A stretch of DNA of 64,000 nucleotides from sequence record PQ464595.1; one strand, written 5' to 3'. The translations under genes were made by a program, and so were the position numbers. Under the pieces are notes generated by a model. That model worked only from the letters and a program-made list of their open reading frames with translations. It was not told the origin of the DNA and searched no databases. Shown piece after piece: positions 1 to 8,639 of this stretch. Each line of letters opens with the position of its first letter. Position 1 is the first letter of the stretch.

Positions 1-470
<470 letters not shown>

Positions 471-501
471 TTAAGGAACTCCATTTTCCATAATTTACTT
501 C

Positions 502-530
502 ATTATACCACATTTTCCAAGGTGGTTTCA
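502..530 (-). promoter_or_regulatory. Class A (early/middle-type) promoter TGAAAC-N17-TATAAT, extended -10, upstream of rnh
   Basis: Minus strand TGAAAC CACCTTGGAAAATGTGG TATAAT; one of 7 copies with the same spacing. Confidence 0.8.
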
Positions 531-539
531 CATATGAAA

Positions 540-612
540 TAAATAGTTGCATACAAACATTTTGATTAAATTTTTTACGTTATTAATAGTAACGAAAAGG
601 ATTTGATAAATA
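540..612 (+). promoter_or_regulatory. Two tandem late-type promoters (TAAATA at 540-545 and 607-612)
   Basis: T4 late-like core (TATAAATA) upstream of the 661 gene; leader hairpin GCAGG-TATTAAG-CCTGC at 620-636. Confidence 0.65.
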
Positions 613-660
613 ACATTAAGCAGGTATTAAGCCTGCACCAAATTAACAAGGAGATTTCTA

Positions 661-1221
661 ATGAGTCTTAATTCTTTTGATCGTAACTATGGTATGTCTG
701 CTAATAGTCGCGAATTTTGGGGTGGTGACAATGGTTTCGTAACTGTTGTTGTAACTCTACCTGCTGATGTAGAAATCGGCGTTTCTGCTGTAGCATTCGA
801 TGGTACTGAAGCTGGTGATAATGCCGCTCAAACCGCTCTATCTGCTGCTGAGAAAAACCAATTCATCATCGCTCAAGCTCTTGCTCAACGTGCGGTTCTA
901 GTAACCACTTCTGCGTTGTCAACTGATGTTGATCCTACTGCTGCTGGTTTTGAAACTGTTGGTGGAAACGTAATCGCTTTCGGTTCCGCTGGTACTCTTG
1001 CTGATGGTTCTTTCGGTATTACTTATATCGTTGAACGCCAAGACGTGTTTACCAAACAAGAAGGTAAACCAGGTTCTACTTACGCACTAGTTGTTGATCC
1101 AACTACAGAAATCGCTACCACTCTAGCACAAGCTGGTGTATTCCAGAAGAAAGACGGTACTCCCGCTCTTGCTGCTGCTGTTGGTATCAAAGTGTTCAAA
1201 GCACTTCCAGTACTACTATAA
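661..1221 (+). CDS. Putative abundant virion protein, paralog of 1239..1895
   Basis: SD AAGGAG, late promoter, strongly biased codons (GCT/GGT/CTA); motifs QRAVL, VER..VF.K and C-terminal KV.KA.P.L shared with the next gene. Confidence 0.7.
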   Translation: MSLNSFDRNYGMSANSREFWGGDNGFVTVVVTLPADVEIGVSAVAFDGTEAGDNAAQTALSAAEKNQFIIAQALAQRAVLVTTSALSTDVDPTAAGFETVGGNVIAFGSAGTLADGSFGITYIVERQDVFTKQEGKPGSTYALVVDPTTEIATTLAQAGVFQKKDGTPALAAAVGIKVFKALPVLL

Positions 1222-1238
1222 TTCAAGGAGAATAAAAT

Positions 1239-1895
1239 ATGTTAGAACGTATTAATGGTTTCTCCGAATCTGGAGTACTAGGTTATTTCTATGGTAAGAA
1301 CGCTCTAGTTTCTATCGCTATCGGCGGTGCTTCAAACGTAGTTGTTAAAGTTACTGGTGCTGTGGCATCTTTCGCTGAACTACAACGTTTCCTAAACACT
1401 GAAGATGTTGACGCTATCGTAGAATTCCTAAACGATAAAGGTGTTGTTCGTGTTGATGGTACAGAGTTCGTAGCTGTTTCCCTAGAAGCTGACTATACCG
1501 CTGCTTATGCCGCACAAACTAACGTTAAACGTGTTATCGACATTGTTCAACAACGTGCTGTAGTACTAAGTACTTCTCTAACCGCTCAAGGCGTAGCTGT
1601 TGCTGGTTTCCGTAATGCCCCTTCAGGTGTTACTGCTGCTGCTTCTGTTCCTGCTGCTAACGTTATTACTTTCCTAGTAGAACGTGCGAACGTGTTCGAT
1701 AAAGACCTAGTAACCTTCCAAGGTGTACCAGCTAACCAAATCGACGAAGGCCGTCTACTAATTGATGACCTAACAGGTGTACCAATGCTAACTGCTACTG
1801 GTACTGAAGTAATCCTAGCATCTTCAGCTACTGCTGCTACTGCTGGTAACTTCGCGATTAAAGTTTACAAAGCTATCCCAGCATTGTCAATCTAA
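1239..1895 (+). CDS. Putative abundant virion protein, paralog of 661..1221
   Basis: SD AAGGAG, same codon bias and shared motifs. Confidence 0.7.
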   Translation: MLERINGFSESGVLGYFYGKNALVSIAIGGASNVVVKVTGAVASFAELQRFLNTEDVDAIVEFLNDKGVVRVDGTEFVAVSLEADYTAAYAAQTNVKRVIDIVQQRAVVLSTSLTAQGVAVAGFRNAPSGVTAAASVPAANVITFLVERANVFDKDLVTFQGVPANQIDEGRLLIDDLTGVPMLTATGTEVILASSATAATAGNFAIKVYKAIPALSI

Positions 1896-1907
1896 TAAAT
1901 CCAAACG

Positions 1908-1938
1908 AAAAAAGGACGCTATAAGCGTCCTTTTTTTT
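1908..1938. terminator. Bidirectional intrinsic terminator
   Basis: A-tract, AAAGGACGCT-ATA-AGCGTCCTTT, T-tract, between convergent genes. Confidence 0.9.
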
Positions 1939-2662
1939 ATTCATAAATTTTGAAATTCGGATCAATAGAACCAGTCGGTTGATTCATCTCGTCGTTTACG
2001 CTTGTTAGCTTTGTGTCATAGTCACCGCTATAATCTTCTGTTGCTAACTTCCGACCCCAATCTTTAATAAAGTTATCAATGATCTCATGCTCGTCAACAC
2101 CAGGATGACCTTCAGCACGTAACTTTTTCCAGAAATGTTCGTTATAATCGAATATCATACTAAGCTCATTACTTTCCTCATTGAATTCAACATCGAATGC
2201 GAACCAAGGCTCACGTTTGAATGTTGCTAATTCTTTTTCGTACTCGTTCTCAGTAATTTCTTCATACTTCAAAGCGTACTTCAAAGCTGCGATGTATTTC
2301 TTATCTTCATCCTTGATTAGTTCAATGATTTGTTTATCATATTCCTTTTCATCAATTTTATGGAACTGAAGATCTAAATCCAACTTTTTCAGTACTACAG
2401 TGTCTTTACCAATCACTGCGTGTTTGAATGCCAAATCTACTTTATTCACTTCAAATTCATATTCAGTGAATTCTCCGTGATTGTATCGAATTTCATTTTT
2501 AGCTAGGTCGCGGTCGTGAAGCGTTAGATAGATAATATCCGCACGTTTCAAGTCAGCTTCTAAGCCTTCAAAGTGAAAATCAATTAATGCAAGCTCTTTA
2601 GCTTGACCTTTTAGACCCCAATGTGAAGGGTACATCCAGAATGGTATAATTCTCTTAGTCAT
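1937..2662 (-). CDS. Hypothetical protein with three short SHOCT-like motifs (probable start MTKRII)
   Basis: Long ORF in the minus-strand operon; motifs GEFTEYEFE, HKIDEKEYDK, EEITENEYEK. Confidence 0.7.
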   Translation of the reverse strand: MTKRIIPFWMYPSHWGLKGQAKELALIDFHFEGLEADLKRADIIYLTLHDRDLAKNEIRYNHGEFTEYEFEVNKVDLAFKHAVIGKDTVVLKKLDLDLQFHKIDEKEYDKQIIELIKDEDKKYIAALKYALKYEEITENEYEKELATFKREPWFAFDVEFNEESNELSMIFDYNEHFWKKLRAEGHPGVDEHEIIDNFIKDWGRKLATEDYSGDYDTKLTSVNDEMNQPTGSIDPNFKIYE

Positions 2663-2942
2663 TTTTCTTCCCAAATATATCACCAATTTTCATAACATAA
2701 TATTTTTTGTTATCTTCCTCTAGTGGCATATTTAGTGAAGATTTACCAAAAACGATCACATCCCCAGGAACTAGGCTATGGTCTTCACGAGAACCATCAT
2801 TCAGTACTCGGCCTTTGCCTACTGATATGATAGTACCTGTACATGGTGGTTCAACTTTAGTCAGGATTAGTCCACCTGAACTCTGTGTTGTATTGTCGAT
2901 TAGTTCAACAATAACGTAATCATTAATTGCTTGTAAACTCAT
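2655..2942 (-). CDS. groES: GroES-like co-chaperonin (functional analogue of T4 gp31)
   Basis: LQAINDYVIVE, mobile loop SSGGLIL, GTIISVGKG, GDVIVF; SD GGAG before MSLQ at 2942. Confidence 0.9.
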   Translation of the reverse strand: MSLQAINDYVIVELIDNTTQSSGGLILTKVEPPCTGTIISVGKGRVLNDGSREDHSLVPGDVIVFGKSSLNMPLEEDNKKYYVMKIGDIFGKKND

Positions 2943-2962
2943 ATTTGACTCCATTCAAATTA

Positions 2963-3172
2963 TTAGTAACCGCCAGTATTAGCGAACCAATTACCCCTAA
3001 AATAAAGATTACTACCTTTATTACCAGAGGTAAACATTTCATACTTCATACTTTTTTCAGTACCGCATTCAGAACAATCAAGTTCTGTAGTATCACGTTC
3101 TGCCATCTTTACAATTTTTTCAGTACTATGGTTACATTCTTCTTTGGTACAACGGTATGTATATAATGGCAT
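2963..3172 (-). CDS. FmdB-family zinc-ribbon protein
   Basis: MPLYTYRC.KE.C.H...C.ECG...F.G.WF.N pattern. Confidence 0.8.
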   Translation of the reverse strand: MPLYTYRCTKEECNHSTEKIVKMAERDTTELDCSECGTEKSMKYEMFTSGNKGSNLYFRGNWFANTGGY

Positions 3173-3183
3173 TGTTTATTCCT

Positions 3184-3798
3184 TTAAACAGTAATTTTTC
3201 GTGATTCTTCGAGTGCTTTGTAATACGCTGCCTTAGCAATTGGATTAGCTTCAATAACACTTAGTGCATCCTCATTAGGAACACCAGCGAAGATTTGTTG
3301 TGTACTATTTACTGTCTCAAAACCTTGACGTACTTCGTGAAGTGTACGAGGGAAGAAGTTCATGAAAGAACTGTCTACCGATACGTTCATATATTCCAGC
3401 CCACTTACAGATTCGGTATGAACGTGACCGTGGATATTCTTTTTACCACGTAGTTCTTCAGGGTGAATAGGAGCATGTGATAACCAGAATTCTTTGTACT
3501 TCATTAGTGCGTGAACTTCATCAAACGTATCACAAAGTTTACTAGTACTGATATATTCTGAACAGTGATTACCAAGAATCAGAATTTTAGTACCAGGAAG
3601 TTCTTTGAAGAACGGAAGATACTTTTCATCAAAGACAGCATCGCCTAAGATAAACATCGTATCACGTTTAGTACAGGTTTCAGCAAGGATGTATTGAAAG
3701 TACAAGTCATTATGTAAAGTACTTTCAAAAACTGGACGGTATTTCCAGATATTTTTGTGACCCATATGGGTATCAGCGATAAAACGAGGTGTACTCAT
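3184..3798 (-). CDS. Calcineurin-like metallophosphoesterase
   Basis: Motifs DTH.GH, GD, GNH, H, HGHVH. Confidence 0.9.
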   Translation of the reverse strand: MSTPRFIADTHMGHKNIWKYRPVFESTLHNDLYFQYILAETCTKRDTMFILGDAVFDEKYLPFFKELPGTKILILGNHCSEYISTSKLCDTFDEVHALMKYKEFWLSHAPIHPEELRGKKNIHGHVHTESVSGLEYMNVSVDSSFMNFFPRTLHEVRQGFETVNSTQQIFAGVPNEDALSVIEANPIAKAAYYKALEESRKITV

Positions 3799-3817
3799 AA
3801 TAACTTTTCCAAATAAG

Positions 3818-3839
3818 AAAAGGGAACCGAAGTTCCCTT
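3818..3839 (-). terminator. Intrinsic terminator with C(UUCG)G loop after the clamp gene
   Basis: Minus strand AAGGGAAC-TTCG-GTTCCCTT-TT. Confidence 0.8.
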
Positions 3840-3847
3840 AGATAAGA

Positions 3848-4579
3848 TTAGCAACCACTTACGTAGATGCTGTAAACAGCAATACCAGTATCAACAGTTA
3901 CGTTCATCATACCAGTTTTGGTGAATCCCATTGTCTTAGATTCAGCACTGGATACGCGGTTCAGTGCTTGGAATACACGGTCAATTGGATAACCATAACC
4001 TTTAGTTAGTTCACCTTCAGTTTTAGAGAACTGAATTGTACCTGTATGGTTGTTTTTATTCTTTTCACCAACGTAGAAATGTAAGCTGTCATCCTCAGTG
4101 TAGGGAGTGACTAAAGCAGAGAAAGATTTAAACACGCCTGAGAAGCTTTTTAGTTCATTGACCTTAGCAGCACTAGGTGTAACCTGTACGTCAAATGGTT
4201 GGTCAGTGAATCGTGGTTGGTTCGGAATATATTTTTCCGCAACTACTAGATAGTTGGTATTTGCTTCGTCGGAATTGAAAGTTAGGCTTTTAACTACGCC
4301 ATCTTTCTCATTCACGCCGATTTTAGTACTTTCAGTCTTATAGACGTTTAGGTTCAATAGACCTTGAAGCATTCCAAGATTACCAATACCGAAACGACCT
4401 ACAACTTCAGGTACGTCTTCTTTAGTATATGCTCGCATAACTAAATTTTTGTCAGAAGTATAAGCTTCCATATAAACACGTTGGCCTTCGCCACGATCTT
4501 CGCTTGAAATAGCGATACAATCAAAGTCAATTCCAGCGGTGGTGTTTACCAGGTCGCGTAGTACGTCACGTAATTCCAT
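3848..4579 (-). CDS. gp45: DNA polymerase sliding clamp (gp45-like)
   Basis: 243 aa, two-domain alpha/beta pattern (FGIGNLGMLQGLL; RVFQALNRV..MTFTK.GMMNVTVD), close to the polymerase gene. Confidence 0.7.
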   Translation of the reverse strand: MELRDVLRDLVNTTAGIDFDCIAISSEDRGEGQRVYMEAYTSDKNLVMRAYTKEDVPEVVGRFGIGNLGMLQGLLNLNVYKTESTKIGVNEKDGVVKSLTFNSDEANTNYLVVAEKYIPNQPRFTDQPFDVQVTPSAAKVNELKSFSGVFKSFSALVTPYTEDDSLHFYVGEKNKNNHTGTIQFSKTEGELTKGYGYPIDRVFQALNRVSSAESKTMGFTKTGMMNVTVDTGIAVYSIYVSGC

Positions 4580-4609
4580 TTGTTAAATCTCCATGTTGTT
4601 AACGGGTAC

Positions 4610-4638
4610 ATTATACCAGATAATTTCTACCCGTTTCA
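4610..4638 (-). promoter_or_regulatory. Class A promoter upstream of the clamp gene
   Basis: TGAAAC GGGTAGAAATTATCTGG TATAAT. Confidence 0.8.
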
Positions 4639-4647
4639 TCTTTTTTT

Positions 4648-5145
4648 TTAAATGTTTCTTGCTGACTTAGTGTTTTGAGCAATTTCATTAAGAAGATTGG
4701 TCATAACTTCAGTATTATCAGCTTTTGGAAAGCTATAATCTTCAAGAATACTCAAAGGATTATACGCAGCATTCATTAATGAAGTCGTTTGTCCTTTATA
4801 TTGTAAATGTGAGGTATCACCAGTACCAGTACCGTAAGTATACAATGGTTTTGTTTGATTGTAATACCAAATACCCGGAGCTGGACGACCATTAGGGTAA
4901 GATTGTTCGTTATTGTAAGGCCAAGAATTTTCTTTCTTAGGAACTTCAACAATCTTGATTACTTCTTTAGTTTTTTGTTCGATCTTAAACAGGGCGACGA
5001 TTTTATCGCCCTCTTTGATAGATCCAACCTTTGTAAAACCAGCAGCAGTTAGTACATCTTCTTCATGTTTACTTTCAGCACGAATAATATCGTGCTTACC
5101 GTTAGAAAGAAGTGCTTCGCCAATGCGTTCATAAATGTTAGACAT
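4648..5145 (-). CDS. Hypothetical protein carrying a 20-aa portal-like segment near its C-terminus (probable start MSNIYE)
   Basis: SD AAGGA after the pol stop; TSLMNAAYNPLSILEDYSFP (4726-4785) vs portal TSLMDAAYNPLSILEDYFFP (16686-16745). Confidence 0.85.
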   Translation of the reverse strand: MSNIYERIGEALLSNGKHDIIRAESKHEEDVLTAAGFTKVGSIKEGDKIVALFKIEQKTKEVIKIVEVPKKENSWPYNNEQSYPNGRPAPGIWYYNQTKPLYTYGTGTGDTSHLQYKGQTTSLMNAAYNPLSILEDYSFPKADNTEVMTNLLNEIAQNTKSARNI

Positions 5146-5159
5146 ATTTTTATCCTTTA

Positions 5160-8100
5160 TTACCAACCGAAGAAACCAGTGTTTAATTCGATTGAACTCT
5201 TTTCGTCTATAGCAATATCCATATCCAGAATACCGAAGATATTACCCAATTTCTTTGTCAGTACTGCCAATTCCATAGCATCATCATCGAACGGAAGTTC
5301 TAGATACCACTCTGGCAAGTAATCTACACAGTCAATTGGATAACCAATCTTCTTAATACCTAATGGATTCGGTTTTAGGTCACAAACAATTACTTTAGTA
5401 CCGTCTGTTGCTTCTGGAACTGATTTATCATCGTTCAAATCACGAAGTTTGTTCCATTGAATAGCGGCTAGTACGTGTCCTACCTTACATTTACCTGTAT
5501 CCTTGTATTCTTTCTCTTTATTGGTATAGTTTTTCACTGTTTTTGGTGAACCTTTCTCAATACTTGGCTTGTCTTTGAACTCTTTCTTGAACGCACGTAC
5601 ACGAGTACGTAGTTCTTCTTCAGATTCACCCACCAGTAACGCAACTAGAGTCTCTTCTAGGAAGTTCTGGATGTATTTTGGAGTATCTGAACGTTTAATT
5701 TCAAGACCCATAGCTTTGATTTTACCAGGTTTACCATCCACATCTAAACGGAATCCATCTTCCCAATATTTTAGAATAGCATAACGCTTCTTCTTCAAGA
5801 ATAAACCACGAGAACCAACCATTTCTAAGTCAGCACCAACGATTTTACCCTTTTCAATACCAGTATTAAAGGTTTCGTCCATAAATTCAGGGAATGATGC
5901 ACCTACTGTGTCACCAATCATTTGATAAAGTTCTACAACTTCATCTTTAGACATTTCAAATGGAATGTCGTTCTCTTTATAGTAGTGTGCTACGCTGAAA
6001 TACACGGAATCCGTGTCACCATATACAACTACACCACCATTATGATCGTATGTTTCAGTACATACTTCATTAATCTTACTCGCCATGTGCTTAGTCATGC
6101 TACGACCAGTTAATGTAACTGATTGACCTAGACGTTTGTCGAAGAAACGAGAACCTTTGTTCAACAACGCACCATATAGTGAGTTCAGAAGAATCTTACG
6201 AATCTGTTGGTTCTGTTTCCAGAACGCAGATTGCGTTTTACAGTACTTCTTATCTGAATCGAGTACGAATACACGACCATTCTCAAGACGCATACCATTA
6301 TCGGCAATAATCTTAGCAAGTTCAGCATAATTCTTGTCAGCCAGAGCTAAACGCATCAGATATACCGGATCACCTTCGTGTAGGTTCGTTTTATGGATAC
6401 CAGTACCGAATTGTAGTGATTTTAGTAGTTCTTCGAGTTCTTGTAAAGCCACTTCCGGCATTTCCCATCCATCTGATGCCAAATGTTTGTAGTCAATGAC
6501 CATTTTCTGTTGTGCTTTACGTTCTGAGTACCATACTGTAAGAATTTCTGGAATAACACCATACTTAGTCTTATCAAATAGAGTACCGTTCGCACTTAGT
6601 ACGATAGTACTGTCTTCTGCGAAGATAATATCATACAATTCCGCACCTGTTGCTTGGAAGCTTGTACCATCTTCAAGATCTACAGTAATGATTTCGTCAG
6701 ATTTCTCACGAACCATTGTAAATTCAATACTTGCGAACAAACCATGCCATGCTTCAGTATATTTCGGTTCAAAACGACCTTTTCCACGATAACGTAGACG
6801 TTGTTCCTCAATACGTGCTGCTAGATAAGCTTCAGTATAAGTTTGACGTAGCTGACCGAGAATACATTCAGTACTCATGCCTAAAGCACGTAGAACTGTT
6901 GGATATAGTGAGTTAAAGTCAGTACAACCCAACCAATCAATCAATCCTAGTACTGGATCTTGTACCCAAGCACCCGCAGCTTTAGAACCCTTCGGTGGTT
7001 CATCTTCATCATCTTCATCGTCATCATAATCCATTTCGTAGTCTTGATACTCGAAATCTGGTTCATCATCTTCAAGTTTACGCTTGTTGAATACTACTTC
7101 ACCACGTTGGTGAGCCAGGTTGATGATTGCGGTATCAATTAGTGCTACTGAACCCATTGTAGTACTGATAAGTACACATTCTTTGTGTGCTAGGCGGTTA
7201 TGTAGGTTAATGAAGTCCATTTTATCGTCGATTTTCTTCAACAAGATACTATCTTGCTTAGAATAACGCAAGAATGTCATGTAATCTTCACGATATAACT
7301 TATCCAAAGACCCTTCATAGGATACTTTGTTCTCGCCAGTGACTTTTTCAGCAATATAATCTAGTTTATATGACTGTTCTACTTGTCCAGCATGTTTCTT
7401 ATAAAGAGCTAGATAGTCTAGGTGAACACGTCCTACTAAATCATAGGTTACAATGGTTTTACCGAACATATCTGCTTCACGAGCGTTAGGTTTCTTGTTC
7501 CATAAGCACCAACGAGCAAGAGTAGCTTCATTAAAGAGCTTTCTTGTACGGTTTACCATGTATGGAATATCAAAGAATTCGCTGTTCCAGCCAGATAGAA
7601 TATCGCCGTCTTCAATTAGCTCAAAGAACGTTTCAAACATCTCTGTTTCTTCGGTATAGAGGATTACGACGCTATCAGGGTCGTTTGTTTCCGCGTTTAG
7701 GCGGTTAATAATGTCCTGAGCTTCATGAATTTCCATGTCAGTAGGAGCCATTGTAAGAACATAGTCCTTACCTGTCCAGCTTTGATACAAAGAAATTGCT
7801 GTAACTCGGTTAAATGGATCACTCGGCTGAGCATATCCGAATTTAGGGTGAAAGTCTGTTTCAATATCGAAGAATGCGATATTAAGGTCAGGAGACGACT
7901 TACCCATGTAATGTTTCGCAAGGGTTTTAAATGTTACATTACAATCTGCCTCATAAATCTTAGCAGAAACTGGTAATGTTTCCATTTGTTTTTTCATATC
8001 TGAATAGCGAGAGAACTCAAACTTCTCGGCAAAAGTACCGTTGATAGTTTTATGTTCACCACGTGGAGATTCTACATAGTACTCGTAAACTGGTTCGATT

Positions 8101-8189
8101 TCTCGTAGAACACGACGACCGTTTACACGTTCAGCAACATGTAGTACTTCTCCAGTACGCTTTCTATCCATATATCCATCTATATACAT
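5160..8189 (-). CDS. gp43: B-family DNA polymerase (gp43-like)
   Basis: ExoI DIETD, DFNSLYP, KILLNSLYG, YGDTDS, KKRY; uninterrupted ORF. Confidence 0.97.
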   Translation of the reverse strand: MYIDGYMDRKRTGEVLHVAERVNGRRVLREIEPVYEYYVESPRGEHKTINGTFAEKFEFSRYSDMKKQMETLPVSAKIYEADCNVTFKTLAKHYMGKSSPDLNIAFFDIETDFHPKFGYAQPSDPFNRVTAISLYQSWTGKDYVLTMAPTDMEIHEAQDIINRLNAETNDPDSVVILYTEETEMFETFFELIEDGDILSGWNSEFFDIPYMVNRTRKLFNEATLARWCLWNKKPNAREADMFGKTIVTYDLVGRVHLDYLALYKKHAGQVEQSYKLDYIAEKVTGENKVSYEGSLDKLYREDYMTFLRYSKQDSILLKKIDDKMDFINLHNRLAHKECVLISTTMGSVALIDTAIINLAHQRGEVVFNKRKLEDDEPDFEYQDYEMDYDDDEDDEDEPPKGSKAAGAWVQDPVLGLIDWLGCTDFNSLYPTVLRALGMSTECILGQLRQTYTEAYLAARIEEQRLRYRGKGRFEPKYTEAWHGLFASIEFTMVREKSDEIITVDLEDGTSFQATGAELYDIIFAEDSTIVLSANGTLFDKTKYGVIPEILTVWYSERKAQQKMVIDYKHLASDGWEMPEVALQELEELLKSLQFGTGIHKTNLHEGDPVYLMRLALADKNYAELAKIIADNGMRLENGRVFVLDSDKKYCKTQSAFWKQNQQIRKILLNSLYGALLNKGSRFFDKRLGQSVTLTGRSMTKHMASKINEVCTETYDHNGGVVVYGDTDSVYFSVAHYYKENDIPFEMSKDEVVELYQMIGDTVGASFPEFMDETFNTGIEKGKIVGADLEMVGSRGLFLKKKRYAILKYWEDGFRLDVDGKPGKIKAMGLEIKRSDTPKYIQNFLEETLVALLVGESEEELRTRVRAFKKEFKDKPSIEKGSPKTVKNYTNKEKEYKDTGKCKVGHVLAAIQWNKLRDLNDDKSVPEATDGTKVIVCDLKPNPLGIKKIGYPIDCVDYLPEWYLELPFDDDAMELAVLTKKLGNIFGILDMDIAIDEKSSIELNTGFFGW

Positions 8190-8220
8190 CTTATCTCCTT
8201 ATAATTACGTACTTAAAACT

Positions 8221-8243
8221 AAAGCCCCATCCATTGGGGCTTT
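8221..8243. terminator. Hairpin/terminator between dsbA-like gene and pol
   Basis: AAAGCCCCA-TCCAT-TGGGGCTTT. Confidence 0.65.
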
Positions 8244-8248
8244 ATTTA

Positions 8249-8554
8249 TTACTCGTCTTCGTCTTCCATTGAAGCCAAGTTACCGGAAACGGTAAGAATG
8301 GTTTCAACTTCGTCCTGATCGCGAACTTTATCGAAGAAGTCTTGCTTGTAGATACGCATCGCAGCAGATTTCAGTTTAGATTTGTCTAAACCAAGTTCAT
8401 CTGCTAGAGTATCCATGAAGTCGCCATATGATTCTTTAAGAGTATCAAGGTGGGTCAACTGTACTACCGCAGAATTCAAGCCATCTTTAAGTTTTTTACG
8501 TTGTACGTCATTCAACTCATGTGCTTCAATTTTAGATTCTGTCTTCTTAGCCAT
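8249..8554 (-). CDS. dsbA: DsbA/GapR-like dsDNA-binding protein
   Basis: ELGLDKSKLKSAAMRIYKQDF...DEVETIL resembles T4 DsbA ELGVDGKMFNRLLALYHKD (from recall); 101 aa. Confidence 0.6.
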   Translation of the reverse strand: MAKKTESKIEAHELNDVQRKKLKDGLNSAVVQLTHLDTLKESYGDFMDTLADELGLDKSKLKSAAMRIYKQDFFDKVRDQDEVETILTVSGNLASMEDEDE

Positions 8555-8574
8555 TTGTGTATTTCTCCATGTAT

Positions 8575-8606
8575 AAAAAAAGCATCCTAACTCTCCGCTA
8601 GGATGC
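8575..8606 (-). terminator. Intrinsic terminator of the tail-fibre unit
   Basis: Minus strand GCATCCTA-GCGGAGAGT-TAGGATGC-TTTTTTT. Confidence 0.75.
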
Positions 8607-8610
8607 CTAC

Positions 8611-8639
8611 ATTATAGCACAGGAATTTTACCCGTTTCA
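8611..8639 (-). promoter_or_regulatory. Class A promoter for dsbA-pol operon
   Basis: TGAAAC GGGTAAAATTCCTGTGC TATAAT. Confidence 0.8.

Noticed and set aside
6210-6503. Possible intein or intron in the polymerase
   Set aside because: The ORF is continuous, with no intein splice residues, LAGLIDADG motifs or group I core elements.
5569-7976. Numerous short antisense or out-of-frame ORFs over pol, and similar ones over capsid, portal, gp46, clpA, gp6/7 and the fibre gene
   Set aside because: Shadow ORFs produced by the strong codon bias of real genes; no SD, promoter or family motifs.
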